A DNA stretch of 63,897 nt, filler included, from Rhabdomonas costata (GCA_019059605.1; 41 parts of 41 records of this genome joined end to end with filler, not necessarily neighbours in it), one strand, 5' to 3'; shown: positions 14,110 to 27,860, counted from the whole stretch's first letter. Numbers and translations are program-made. The notes: generated by a model not told the origin, from the letters alone.

Positions 14110-15260
14110 ATGGAGGCCACCACAGTAACAGTCATACCCGCCGAACCCCCGGCTGCCACCATGCAACCCTCCGGGGGCGCTGCTGAAAGTCGGGGAGGTC
14201 TGGCTTCCCCGTGCCCCAGCAGCCCGCTCTCCCCTGCGGCCTCTCCGACCTTCCCAGGGTACTCCGGGGATCTGGAGACGCTGGTCCGGCTGTTCAAGGA
14301 CTTGGACACAGGGGTGCCCGTGTCCACCCGGACTTGCTTGCTGCGGACCTACCGGGACTGCTTTGTTGGGGACCAGGCCGTTAGCTGGATGGTCCGCCAT
14401 GGGGTGGCCACCTCCAGGGAGCAGGTCTCCAGAGACCATGAGGTCGGGTGGGTTCTTAAGCTGGTTTGGGAGTCTGGATCACCTGAAGGGAAAAGCCGAA
14501 GCAGGCCCGGGTCTTTTATGTACAGGTGGCCTCCCGAACGTTGTGTTGCTGGTCGTTGTACCCTCCGGCCGGTACCCACCGTGCCCCTTGGCCCTTGGCG
14601 GCTGTTCCGTTTTTGTCTTTTTGTCGCTTCTTTCCCCCGCGCAGCCACAACAAAAACCCACCTGCCTCACTACCCGCGAAAGTTACCCAGGCAAATGGCT
14701 CTTCGCTACCTGTTGCCCATCAAAATAATACAGATCTTCTGCGGTGCTTCGCGTTGGGCCTTCAGAAGTGATGAGAGGCCTCTTCTTGCGTGTCTGGCTT
14801 CTCTCTGTGACCACGATCAGTAGTTTGCCACGGCGAGCACGTTCCGGTGGGGGAGGGGTCTTATTTTGTGAATAGAAGAGCAATCTTCATGGCACCAGAA
14901 CCTTTGTTAGCTGCTGTGATGTCACACTTTTTCTGACTGTACCCCCGCTCTGGCGCGCATCAGCCGTAATTTGTACCCACACGGCAATGCGCGTGCATTT
15001 TTTGCGTGTCAGGCAGTGGATCTGGGCAACTGGCTGATGACCTTCGGAGTGTTCTACCACGTCACCCGAGACCAACCCTTCAAGGACGCGTCGTGCTGCT
15101 ATTACATGTTTGACCCGGAGTGGCCCCGGGCACCTACCTCTGACCCCTACCTCTCGCAGCCTGTCACTGTAAAGAAGGTGCGCTCCAAGACTGCTGAGAC
15201 ACAGCCTGTGCTCCCTGCCCCCGCGAAGAAATGCAGCAACCGTTGGTTTTTTAATCCCAC
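14110..15260 (+). CDS. DEP-domain protein, exons ~14110-14424 and 15013-15260
   Basis: RTCLLRTYRDCFVGDQAVSWMV..ATSREQ|AVDLGNWLMTFGVFYHVTRDQPFKD..YYMF is a typical DEP domain. The GT-AG intron is phase 0. Confidence 0.88.
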
Positions 15261-15935
15261 GTGAGCACAACAGCAACACAGGCAACCGTCATTCAGTGCA
15301 CACTTGGGTGGCGAAGCCCATGATTAGGGTCGTGGCTGCGCATTTGTTGGATACTGACTTCTTGATTAGAGCATTGTTGTTGAATATAATAATTGAATGA
15401 ATAATAATTGAAAGGATCAAGTACCAGGGATTTTATTCTGGGTCTTCGCCTCACAATTGTATGCTGCAACATCGATCAATGCTTACGCACCGCAAGCGCT
15501 TGCGCAAACCCAACAACCNNNNNNNNNNNNNNNNNNNNNNNNNNNNNNNNNNNNNNNNNNNNTTAATTAATTAANNNNNNNNNNNNNNNNNNNNNNNNNN
15601 NNNNNNNNNNNNNNNNNNTGTTGTGTGTCATGGCTGGCTTCATCGTCTTCGTCATCGGGAACTGCAGCTCCGGGGAGGCGACGATCGTAGGTTCTCTCCT
15701 CCCCTCCTCTCCAAAACTGACGTTTCCCTTATGCCCTTCCTTTGGTTTGGGAGAGATACTCCCCACAAACCTTCTTAACATAGAAATACAATAATGCGCA
15801 CAGCGAAAAATGCCATGTTGATCAGGGCAAAGCAGTCCGAAATCTGGCTCATTCAATACCAAAGGACCCTTCAGGCCTTCAGGGATTAGATCCTGCTCCC
15901 TTTAACGATAATATGATGGTAGTTGTCACAAGCTC

Positions 15936-16302
15936 TCAAAAAGGCAGGGTTTCATCCCTAAATTTTCGGGGACAGGTAGGAGGGGATATCGAGTTTGACC
16001 CCACCACCCCTGAGGCATCATCTTCATCCTCCTCCTCCTCATCGTCTTCATCGCCGACCACCTTAGGGGCCCTCCCGTCGGCCTTCCTGCGCTTTCTCCC
16101 AGCGGCGGAGGCCTCGTCCTTGGCAGCCGGAGCGCCGCTGTCCTTGCGGAGGCTCCGCAGCCTGGCAGCCTCCTGCTCCCAGTCCACGCTCTCCAACATC
16201 GCGGCCAGCCGCAGCTCAATCTGGACCTCGCTCTGGCCCTCGGCCCGCCATTGGGCCACCAGCCTGTCCGTCTTGGGGTCATTCACCCGAGACATTGCTC
16301 CT
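15936..16302 (-). CDS. Exon of an unknown charged/acidic protein
   Basis: GC-rich open frame after a CAG acceptor, with a basic motif (RKRRK) and an acidic run. Confidence 0.5.
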
Positions 16303-18741
16303 TGACTGACACAAAGGCTCACAAAAACCCAAAGGGCTCACACAAGGCTGCCTCTATTGCTGCAAAAGGCAACACCGAAAGCCCGATTGCACCGAATAAC
16401 CGCGAAGAAATGTATCGAGCGACACCGTGAGTGCCCCCAATTATATGGTTGAATAAAATGGTATTTTCAAAGGAGCAGGAAGGAAGGATTTGCACAGGAA
16501 GGAATACACAGCCCCAAAATGCTAAGACATACAAAACTCCACACAACCAGCATATCATGCCAATTCACTCATTCAGCTATTCATGCAGCTACGAAGCGAA
16601 TTAATGTTCAGCCAGAAAGTTTGGGACACCCAGTGCATCTCACAAGTAGAGGTCCACTACCCTATTGCTTGAGGGGTGGCTGAGAAGGCGTTTTTGTTTT
16701 TAACCAGTAGACCGCCTGAAATGGCCGTGCAGTGGGTGCGGTGAAAACCTTGGGTGACAACGTGTGATGAGCCCAGGCTGCAGTTACTGCTCATTGATTT
16801 TTGGAGCTACTTCCCCTGTATATACTTCTATACTTCTATATCCCTGCATATACTTCCCCTGTATACAGCAGAGAGTTCTCTGGTGACTTCTCAGAGTCCA
16901 TCTACCTCGCAACAACAGGCTCGGAATACTGTCCCGTCTCCCCAAACACAACAGCACCCACTGGTGGATTGACGACATGATTGTCAAAGCAACCTACTTC
17001 TCCAATATCAACTGGCCTCCTACTGAATGAAAACAAGAGCTTATCACTACACTGCACGGGAGCAGGGGGGGGGGCTTGTNNNNNNNNNNNNNNNNNNNNN
17101 NNNNNNNNNNNNNNNNNNNNNNNTTAATTAATTAANNNNNNNNNNNNNNNNNNNNNNNNNNNNNNNNNNNNNNNNNNNNGTGTTGGGTGTGGTTGGTGGG
17201 GGGGGGTTCAGCCCCTTCTCTCCTCCAGCACACTCTCCTTCCCTCTCTTGCGCCTTTTCCTCCCTCTCTTATCTTTTCCCTCTCTGTCCTTTGTTGGGTT
17301 GGTTTGTGTGAACTTTGACAGCCCAAACATTGGGCACACAGGGATGGCAGCAGTCTCAGGAACGTCTCGTTCTCCTACGACGGGCGGGTCTGTTTCGCCC
17401 GCTTCTACTTCCCCGTCCAGGCACCGCGATGGGTATGTCTCCCAGGTTGATGCTTCCTGCAAGGGGTCGCCTTTCTCCCTCACTTATGGGTGTTTTTTTT
17501 ACTGCGATACGAGCCTTCCTCCCCCTTCTCGCGGATTATGCATCGCCCATTTGGTTTTATTCTGCTCTGCGTTGTCTGTTCTGTTACCAGTCGTGACCGT
17601 AAGCCCTTTTGGGGGGCTTTTGGGTTAGCTGATCCAGGTTAGGGTGCCGCGAGAGAAGGGGGCTGTGGTCGCGGAGGCCGAAGGCCGACAATTGAAATCG
17701 CTTTTCACTGAAGTTTCTGTTACCACTGGAATCCATTATCGATACAGCTACCTCCACTCCACCAACGATTACAAACACGCTTAAGAATGAATGCCTTTAT
17801 GCGTTAAGATGAACGTCAAACAACTCTCCCAGTTTTAGCAGGCGATTTGCAAAAAAACAACCTGCACAGGTATACGCAAACCGTCGCCGCCCAGTAAGGG
17901 AGGAGTAATTGAGGCTTTAAATCAGGTAACCCAGGTTAGGTCTGAAGTCTAGGTCGACTCATATGACAAGCAACGCTGGTTGTGAGGTGCCCCACATTAC
18001 CATATCCCTTCCGAACATCTGCGGGCTTCGGCAGAGCTTCCCGCTGCGAACGCTCCCGAGAAGCTGCGGCTCAGTTTCCACCGTCTGGCCAGAACGCCTT
18101 GGCCTCCAGCTCTCGAGATTTGCGCCCGCCTGAAGAATCCGCCTGTCAGGATCTGCTCGCGACCTCCAGAAACGGGAGGGGGGCGGCAACCGCGATGGTT
18201 CACTCGCCTTACTCGTTCGAAGGTTCATCCCAACGCCCCGAAAACCCAGCGCTTGTTCATCTACAACATCTTTGTTATTGTAGTTTTTGTAACTATTATG
18301 GGTGGGGGGCTCTTTCGTTGTTATTCATCTTGTCTTAGTTACCCACCTCCGGACCTGCATGCACCAATCATTAGAAATTACCCCCAGAAATGGTGCTGGG
18401 TGAGAGATGGGGGGTGAACTACGGTAACCATGTCCCTGAGGAGGCATCCATCATCAGTGCTGGCAGGGTTGGAGGGAGACTCTCGCTAGTTTGGCTGTTT
18501 CTGTTCGTGGGGATTTGCTTAACAGAAACCAGAATCCACCATTGTTCACGCCAGGCTAACGCGCTTATTTTGTTTCGCCTATCCTTTGCCATCGTCTCTA
18601 AAGCACTCCGACTAACGTGTAACGTTGCCGTGATCTTCAGTNNNNNNNNNNNNNNNNNNNNNNNNNNNNNNNNNNNNNNNNNNNNTTAATTAATTAANNN
18701 NNNNNNNNNNNNNNNNNNNNNNNNNNNNNNNNNNNNNNNNN

Positions 18742-19495
18742 ATGGTGGTGGAGGAGGACGATGGCACTTCTGAGAAGGGGTCGGGTGCGGGAGAGCTCTG
18801 TGGGGAAGGCTCAGGCTCACCTTTGAACGACGAAGGAGTGGATTTGCCGCGGCAGGCTGCTCGGTACCAGTTCTGGTTTGTGCAAATCACTGGTGCGGAT
18901 TCGGGATGCAGTCCAGGTGTGAGGTGCCCACATTCCCATCTCTTTCTGCCTCTGTTTTGCTTTCTGTCTGTGTTGAGGGCCGCAGTGGCTGGCTAAAGAG
19001 TCTGCTCGTGTGCCGGCCCGTGTTGTCAAACATGTCGCAGCGCGAATTCCGTTTCCATACCCTGGCAGTTCTGGAGGAGATGATGAACAATGCCGATTCT
19101 ACCTCAGGCACGGAGGGTCCACATCGCTTCACACACACACACACACACACACACCGCCGTGTTTGACAAATGCATCCTCCCGCAAGCACAATCGACAGCC
19201 ATCGTTTGCACTGCCACCTTGCTGACACCACATGGAAAGGGAAGTGAACATTCACACGGATTTGCTTTCCTAGGCGTGAAGGTGTGGTGGGGCATATGGT
19301 GTATGCCAACCTCTTCGCAAGCAAGCTTTTTTACGTGATATTGACCACAATTTCTTTCGCCGATGTGGAGCAATTCATTCTGCCCAATAATCGACGCATA
19401 CCCCACATCGCTTGTTCTCAGGGCTTCTGGCGTACAGGAACCGTGCAATGCTTCGGGGGCATCCTGGGGTGCAGCGGCAGTGGGCGAGAGTGGAG
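18742..19495 (+). CDS. Several short exons of an unknown protein
   Basis: GC-rich segments bounded by AG and GT/GC, separated by introns containing CA or pyrimidine tracts. No family recognised. Confidence 0.45.
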
Positions 19496-20657
19496 GTGTG
19501 CCTTTCCACCACCACCTCCAATGCTTCCTCTGTGGGGTGGGAGGCGTGAAGTAACGTCAAAGAAAAGGAGGAAAGGTCATATGTTGATTGGCCAAAGTAA
19601 AGTACGTTACACCGTAAACTCAGAACTGCACCATACCACATGGCTGTATTTAAACCCTATCTTGACCTACCTTCTCATCAAACAGCCGGTTAGAGAATTG
19701 ACAATTCGCTTCAAAAGATCAATACAATCACGGAATCACCCGGAAAAAAATCGCGCCTTCGGCGCAGTAGTCTCTTCGCAGCATCTCATATCTAACTGCA
19801 TCTTGCATGGAACACTGTGCGGCAGCAGCCCAAAGTACGCCTCACAGGCAGGCGTTCCCAGCAAGTTTTACAAAGCATGCGCCCCTTGCGCCCTTACTGG
19901 AGGCACTCAAATCCCCGGGTTTGAGGTGCAGTCTTCAGCTTTTAAAGGCTAGATTATGCTTCTGCTCGAATTGTCCACCTTTGACGTGACCCGGGCCAAG
20001 GTGCAAAAGACGTTGGGGTATGCGCCAGGCAACAGGTGTTTGCCCGCGCCATCTCAAAAAACTGAGAGTTTCAGAAATGTTGTCAAACGGAGGCGTTTCG
20101 CATTATCCCCAGACAGCGGCATTTCTATAGGCTGAAAAAACTTCGAACGGAAAACCGTCACATACCATTTTCTGAGTTTCCGGGTGTAACTTACCTTAGA
20201 TCTNNNNNNNNNNNNNNNNNNNNNNNNNNNNNNNNNNNNNNNNNNNNTTAATTAATTAANNNNNNNNNNNNNNNNNNNNNNNNNNNNNNNNNNNNNNNNN
20301 NNNTGTGGGTGTTTAACGCGTGCAGGCAGACGCTCTCACCCGAAATCTTTTCTTTTTCGCTTGGTTGGTGTGTTCTCTCTTGAAAAGTTGCATCTTTCGC
20401 AATGATTGGTCCTTTTTGCCCCTCCCTTCCCCTCACTTTCCGCTTTTTTGAGGCTGCGTCTTGAATGATGTGAACAGCATACGCGAATAGTGCTTTGGAT
20501 GTGATGCTCTGCGGCGCCGGACGAAAACGAGCGAGTTGAAATGGGTTAAATGGGAGGACGGGCTGTGAGGTATGGGGACGTAGACCTGGAGGGCGAGCCA
20601 TGCCTCGTTGGGAGTGCCCCACCCGCCGGCCGTCAAAACCTGCGAACAGTTCGCCTC

Positions 20658-20730
20658 GCTCATGTTGCTAGTCCGCAAAGGAATGCTAGTCCACTGTGCT
20701 AGCATTCCTTTGCGGACTAGCAACATGAGC
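20658..20730. repeat. Perfect hairpin, 32-bp stem, 9-nt loop
   Basis: 20658-20689 is the exact reverse complement of 20699-20730. Confidence 0.97.
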
Positions 20731-20807
20731 TTTGTACCGACGTTTTCCCACTAAGCTGCTCCCCAGACCTTCGCACCTTAGCGTATCACTCGTGTGTGCG
20801 TGTGTAG

Positions 20808-21017
20808 AATCCCACGCAGAGGAGCAGCTTCATTGCGCACGGGGAGTGCGTGATGCAGGACCAGTTTCGCTGCGCGGCATGCGGTGTGGACAACCTGTGC
20901 TCGGGATGTGCGCTGGGCCCGTGCCACAGGAGTCACGAGGGAGTGGAAGTGGCGTCCCGCACCGTATTTAGCTGCGACTGCGGTACGGTGGGTCACTGTA
21001 AGCTGTCGTCTGCGCAG
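20808..21017 (+). CDS. UBR-box (zf-UBR) zinc-finger exon
   Basis: QDQFRCAACGVDNLCSGCALGPCHRSHE..VFSCDCG..HC matches the zf-UBR Cys/His pattern. 210-nt AG/GT-bounded exon. Confidence 0.8.
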
Positions 21018-23426
21018 GTTCCTTCAAATGCCGCTTCCCTTTCTCCCTGTCTGCTTTTTGTTTCCCTTCTTAGCTGCTAGAAAGCAAGAACAGATTTTAC
21101 CCAAAACAATGAAGCCCCTTCACCTGTCACCTGCTCTTATCCACCTGCCGTTATGAACATTGCAGTTTGCAGGGCTCTGCTTCAGACTTGCGCTTTCTCT
21201 GTCCTGCGTTTGGCTCGCCACAAGCCTTCTATGCGATGAACGTCACAAGAGTGAAATCTTTATCCTTGCCGCAGGCGAAGGCATTTCCGAAACACACGAG
21301 GAACTTCAATCTTCAAGATTCAACCTTTCCACCTCACCCACTCAGTGAGTGCAATTAGTTTGCAAAATTTTGTGAACTTTTGGGTTTGAGTCTGGACCTA
21401 ATGCCCCCACAAGCAGGTTGGGGGGGGGGAAGGAAGCCTCCCCCCCTGTGTATGAGGTGACGAACAACATCGAAGCTTTTGCCCTGCTTTTTATGATACT
21501 CATCCCCTTGGCGGTCAAACACCCACACATACACACGCAGCCGACCTCGTTGAGTCCCACGGTCTTCTGCGGTGGCGACATGAACGAGTACCCTCTTGGT
21601 CTATCCGTGGTTTGCGCTTGCGTTAGTGTGAGCGAGTGAGTGTGAGTGTGAGTGGGTGAGTGGTTTAGTGTGTGTGTCTGCGGTAGCGCACGCTGGACCA
21701 TCACACAAAACCAACCATCCCCTGGTCAACTCCTTAAAGGATGTCAATCCATCCACACACAACCNNNNNNNNNNNNNNNNNNNNNNNNNNNNNNNNNNNN
21801 NNNNNNNNTTAATTAATTAANNNNNNNNNNNNNNNNNNNNNNNNNNNNNNNNNNNNNNNNNNNNGGGTTGGTTGTGTGCTGAACTTCTTCGCATCCTCAT
21901 TTATGCAGCTCGCCGGAAGTCCATGTCCCCGGAAGGAATGAAGCGCCGCACAACCTTTATGGTTCCCGATGAAGGGTCTGTGAGTGCGAGTGTGTCTTTG
22001 AGTGTGTGTGTTGTGAGAACCAGCATAAAGGCAGGCCTCGTGCTTCTCTCCAGAGGTGAGAAGTTTCAGGATGCCTTCACTTCCTCGTCCATGGCATTGA
22101 GACTGAGTGGAATCGCAGGGTTACCGTCATCAGGGAGTTGGGAGATCGGAGATGCTGTTTGCCGTAAAACGGGCTAAGTGTTTATGGATTTTTATGAACA
22201 TTGTCCAAGACTCCTCACCCAGCCGCCCACCCAGCTTGCCGGTCACTCGGGCTTCCTGATTTTTGCAGTCGCGTGGAACGAAAATGCGTTTCCTTTCACC
22301 CTTACGATCGTGTATGAACTTTTTATGTGCTTTTTTTTGGGGGGGGGGCAATTTGGCTTTTGCCAGCATTTCAAACAAAACCTGCGGACTTTGGTTGGTT
22401 GCACATTCAGATTTCAAGCCTTGGAATTTGTATTCATATTTTTTGCTGCTTAGGGAGGCACCTAAGCACACCGATGGGCCCCCAGCTGCCGACGATGGAC
22501 CCCTTGCTGGTGCGTGTGTGTGTGGGGGGGGGGGGGATTGAGGGCTCAAGCCCCACTAATAGGGCGGCAGTGTACGAGCGCGGATACCCACAAAGATATC
22601 TCTAAACGCGCCAGTCGGGGCGCCCAAAGGCCCCGCGTACACTATGGGTCGGAGGGTAAGTTGGGGTTAGCCAACCCAATGTGACAAGTGAGAGAGAGAC
22701 AAAAAGGCACCGTGGGCCGACAAGGGTGTGAGGTTCGATGGGTCCATGCCCCATGAGTGTCGGTAGACCTTGTGTGTGGGGGGTTGACCTCGAGTCTTCT
22801 CCAGCATAAAAATATTCATCCCGGTCAAGTTCTGTGTCGTACCAGTAGAATTTTATTCCAAGGGTTTAGAGGGCGTGGAGAGAAATATAGGTGCGAGTAG
22901 TTGCGCACTTCTCCCAGCTCCTGAGCCCACCGCAAAGCCTCTACGAGCCGAAGAGGGGACCCTCTTCCCCCGTTAATTGAGAGAGTGTCATCAGCAACGA
23001 TCCGGCTCTTAGCCCCCGACTCCCTCGACGTTGTAGCGATCCCGCGGCCTCCTCCAGGTCCCCATCCGTGAGGTCTTCCCGAGGTCCCATAGACGACTCT
23101 CAGCTTCAGCTAAGACTCGGACACTCTTTGAAAGCCACTGCCCTTCCCTCCTCTCCCTTCTCCCCCGCGCTGTAGTTGCACAGAAAGTGAAAATGAAAGG
23201 CTAGCCAATGTAAAACAAAAAAACTCCACCATGCGCACCATTTTCAAAAATTGTCAAGCGTCCAAAGCGGCACAAAAGCGGTGCAGCAGAAGACCAGAGA
23301 CACAAAAAAGGTGGGCGTCACAACAANNNNNNNNNNNNNNNNNNNNNNNNNNNNNNNNNNNNNNNNNNNNTTAATTAATTAANNNNNNNNNNNNNNNNNN
23401 NNNNNNNNNNNNNNNNNNNNNNNNNN

Positions 23427-24885
23427 CCGTTAAACAGCGGCCGCCCGAAGAATCTCGAGAAGCTGTGCCTATCCTCTGGGCTGTCGTAGGCCTTGGCCCG
23501 GGTCACGGGGTAGACCAGTCCCACCGCCGCAGCGAACAGCACCACGGGCCAGCACCCCTCCGTGTTGGTCGGCCTCAGCCCTTCCCCTGCAGCCCGCCCG
23601 GAAAGCTCCCCGCTGGCGTACTGCGCAGCGTACTCCAGACTGGGGGTGGTGTAGCAGCCATACCTAATGCACGAACGAAGGAACCAGGTGGCACCGAAAA
23701 CAAGCACCACAAGGGTCACGGCGATGAGAAAGAAACCATCGGATGGTAAGTCCCAAAAATGCTTAGACGTAGGGGAGGATGGGGGCCGAATCTTCCAAAA
23801 GTTAAATCTAAAAGTGCGTCACGTGATATATCAAAACGGCATGGACAGAGTACAGGTGTGGGGAATAGTCGGGGCCGTTATCACTTTTGCGTGCAGCTTT
23901 TGGGAAGCTCATCGCTACCCATCGCCCAGTGAGATGGGATGAATGAAGTATCGTCGTAGTCGGGCTGCATAGGGACAAAACCAGTCACTCCAAAAAATGC
24001 AATTGCAACAAAACTCAAAATACAGCAAAAAAAAAAAAATCAGAAACTCAGCATTTGCTTCGTCAAAAAAAACTTTGAGGAGGGAGAACCTCGCACAAAA
24101 ACGGAGGGATGACACGGGGTTCACAGCGTACCCGAAATAGCCACCATCCTCCCGGCAGTACTTTTGCAGTCCGGCGCTCAGGATGTCCTCGACACAGTCC
24201 ACCCGAGTGCCATGGAAGGTTAGCACGACGTTCGTCCGGTGGTGTCTCATCAAATACATCCCCTTCAGCTCGCCCACCACCCGAAGCATCTCCGCGTTCT
24301 CGTTCACAGCATCCTCGGCCTCCCTCACTTCTCGAGACTGCGTCGACCAAAGGTTCTCCAGCATCTGCATCCGAGCTTGCAGTGCTTGAAGCGTGGTGGG
24401 ACTGCGGTGAACGATTTGTATTCGGTGCACTCGAAATCCCTCGACGGGTCCGGCAACCAGTCCACTGCGGTACCGCCCCCGGGTGGCCATCAACTCCTCC
24501 ACCAGCATCCTCACATCAACAGGGCAGTCCGGAGAATGCACCACAAAACTCGGACGGGGGCTTCCATTAGCAACGCCGTACCAGGGAAATCGGACCTGAC
24601 TCCAAGCATAAGGGGTGTCCGGGTCGAAAAGATTAGGCTGCAGAGTAGTAAGCTGCTCCTGAAGCCGGCGAACCTCAAGCCTGGACGCAGCAAGCATCTC
24701 CTCGCTTCGCTGCCTTTCCTCCATTGCAGCCTTCTGGGCAAGCTCGGCGGTTTGCTTCTCCTTCTCAAGCCTCTGGTGACCAGCTCGAAGGCGAGCGTTT
24801 TCGGCATGGAGGCGGAGGACTTGAAGACGCATTTCTTCAACATTCCCAGCTGAACCGGAAGGCCCCGGAGCAACCACCCAAAACA
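23427..24885 (-). CDS. Coiled-coil plus PARP-like ADP-ribosyltransferase domain protein; exons 24132-24885 and 23427-23663
   Basis: Spliced product reads VLTFHGTR...ILSAGL...DGGYFG|YGCYTTPSLEYAAQY, i.e. the HGT and GxxFGxGxY...Y motifs of PARP-type catalytic domains. Confidence 0.8.
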
Positions 24886-25009
24886 NNNNNNNNNNNNNNN
24901 NNNNNNNNNNNNNNNNNNNNNNNNNNNNNTTAATTAATTAANNNNNNNNNNNNNNNNNNNNNNNNNNNNNNNNNNNNNNNNNNNNTGTGTTGAGTGAGTT
25001 CCGTGTTGC

Positions 25010-26093
25010 TCAACAGGTGACCCGGCGGTAGAAGAGGACGTAGGCGGCGGGGGTAACTACGGCCTCCTCTGCGATGGGGCTGACCGCATGGTCGTTGTAG
25101 GAGAACCACGCTCCGTTGCCCTCGTGGCGGCAGCATGCGGTGTAGTGGCCCCCAGAGGCTGTGCCGTAGTGGTTAATCACCCCATACAGCTGGTACAGCA
25201 CCGTATCTGGCGCGGCTTGGCTGTTGTCGTGTGGTGTGGAAAGAAACGCAGAACTTCGGGGGAAGGTCTAAGCCTTTTCTTAATTGGGGAGGGGGGGACT
25301 TATTTTTCTTGTCATCAGAAAGCTCGCTTTGGGTCCTCGCGGTCCTTAATCACTGCGAGTTTTTTCAAAACGAACGGGGCCCGATAACATAAACGGGCAA
25401 AATGAGTAATTCCCCTTTGGCGGTCTCTGTTTCCTCGAAAAACAAATCGCAAAAATAATGAAAAATCACAAAACAGATGAGAGTGGCGGAAAAGGGAAGA
25501 AACCAAACTAACTGTCTCTAATGCTAAGCTCAATCAGCGCACCATTGCGTTAACGAAAAGACAAAGAAAAGAGAGCAGCACCCCAACTGCGCACAAACTG
25601 CATGATGCATCGTGACATTTGCTTTTTTTCGGGTTACCGTTAACCGCTTAGTACCGCTACCTTTCTTTTTTGAATTTTTTGGATTGCTGAAATTGTTGTT
25701 GTGGGTGGAACAATTTAGGGTTGGAAGTCTTTTCGCGGCGCGGAGTGGGCGGCTAACCAGGGACGATCCATAACACGCAACACTTGCTAACAGAAAACGC
25801 CTAAAACCAATAAAGATCGAATTTCACAGGGATGTTACCCCCTCCCATCGAATAAAATCATTTTGGTAGGCATATTTTTGTGCCAGATTGGGCAAATATA
25901 TCCAAATAAAACGTGTAATAGACCCCCTCACGTCTCCAGAGGTATTCAAGCTGCAAAACCTGTCCAGAAAAGGCGTCAGGTTGAGGGTCGCCCGGGGCGG
26001 CGGGAAGTACACCGGGACGTTGATCTTGTTCCCCGAGTTGGTGAAGCGCTTCAGGTGCAGCACAAGGGAAGGCGGGAAACGGAACACGGCCAG
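25010..26093 (-). CDS. Ubiquitin-specific protease (peptidase C19), last two exons (25960-26093, 25010-25220)
   Basis: LVLHLKRF and the His box YQLYGVINHYG..GGHYTA..WFSYND..AYVLFYRR. In-phase GT-AG intron. Confidence 0.93.
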
Positions 26094-26649
26094 CTGTGCG
26101 CACCAGGGGGCACACACTCCCCAATAAGTCAGAAAAGAAATCAAGAAGGGAGAGCAGCACGCCCAATCACGCGAGGCCCTCGCCACCTCCCAGATTACAA
26201 ACAGTGTCGTGACAAGGGTGAAGGTTGGTCGGTTGGTTCACTCATCAGACGGATCAAAAATAAATTGCACGAAAGACCTCTAAGTCTTAGCTGGAAATTC
26301 GGGATGCGCGGTTGATGTCCCAATACACGCATATGAGGCATTACGCTTTGAACGGCGGGTGCGATGTGTAAAGGAATTTCCCCCCCCCCTCTCCCTCTCT
26401 GGGGAATATACAAAAGCATACAGCAGAAAAAACAACAAAGAAGCAGNNNNNNNNNNNNNNNNNNNNNNNNNNNNNNNNNNNNNNNNNNNNTTAATTAATT
26501 AANNNNNNNNNNNNNNNNNNNNNNNNNNNNNNNNNNNNNNNNNNNNGTGTTGTGTGGAAAATTTGCGTACGAGGCATGAGCTCCCGGTGTTGTATCAATG
26601 ATGACAAGGGGTTTTCCCATCCAGGCGGAGAAAAGAAGGCCGGAAAGGC

Positions 26650-27860
26650 GTTGCCGCTCATCGTATCATACTCTGAAGGCTCGCAAGGGTTCCGGAACCG
26701 CAGGTTCTTCAGCCAGAACACAGTGTCCCCGAGGGAATCATACGCCAGGTCGTGGGTTCCCCCCAGAACAGGCAAGGAGCGAACCCGCCCTGCGGCGGCG
26801 TTCCACAGCAGGAAGGTGGCCCGGGAGCGGTAGTCCTCATGAGTGTCCATGGCGGTGCTGAGCATATACAGCGCAGAGCAGTTCACGGGCTTTGGGGTCC
26901 ACAGCCGCAAGTTCCACTTCGTCGCCCCAATGATCGCACCTGCAATTTGGCCGCATGACTTCCATGGATGGCGTAGTTGTGTGTTGGTTTTGCTTCGTTT
27001 TGCTCCGGGTTGGGGTTTGTTTTGCTCCGGGTTGGGGTTGGGGGATGATTCAATTGGCTGCAAATGCGGAGACGATGCCCCCTCAGGTATTATGGCATAC
27101 GAATCGCAGATGGCGAGAGACATGCGTGCAAGGACAAGGACAAGCATTCAAAACGTATCGCAATGCCCCCTGCCATCCACTCACAGAGCTTTCGTCACAC
27201 ACCACCTGAGCACTGAAAGAACAGAAGCTCTGCAATGCGGGTAACCGGATCGGGCCGAACACCCCGACAATTGCACAATATTGAGCGATAAATCGGGAAG
27301 AATGTCATAATTCACGCCTGCGGGAGAGAGACATTGCAGTGGTCGATGTGATCACGGGAGAGAATTCGTATTACCGCCACGACTCCGCGACTGTTTAGGG
27401 TGCACCTAAACTTCCGTTTTGTTTCCCATGCCCTGAAGGTCGTTGCACATGATTTACCTGGTGGTTGGTGGTGAAATTGTTGTGTTATCCTACAGAAACC
27501 AATTGCATAATGAACATCATCGCGCATTTCCACTCATTGGACAACAGATACTTCCACACGGCACTTCAGGGCACGGCAGGTCAAAAACAAAGGAGCTGTG
27601 GCTCCCCCCTGCACCCCATACCGGAGGCATTCATCAGCACTACAAACGAGTGCTTGCCCTTGGTGGCCGAGGTCACGACCTTATCGCGGATCACCTGGTA
27701 GCTGAACATCAGCACTAAGTCTGGGCTGACGTGGGTGAAGTCCATCCCGTGGATACTCCGCTGCAGCTGACGCAGCTGGTGCGGGGCGAGCGAGAACACC
27801 GCGAAGGCATCCCCACACAGACGCCGCAGCTCTGGCGAGGTGGGCTCCACTCGAGTCGCT
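26650..27860 (-). CDS. Multi-exon unknown protein, possibly beta-propeller / arylsulfotransferase-like
   Basis: GC-rich AG/GT-bounded segments, with motifs HGMDF and GGTHDLAYD. The family assignment is tentative. Confidence 0.4.

Noticed and set aside
22450..23170. Non-coding GC-rich stretch resembling an LTR
   Set aside because: No terminal repeats, primer-binding site or coding evidence within the contig.
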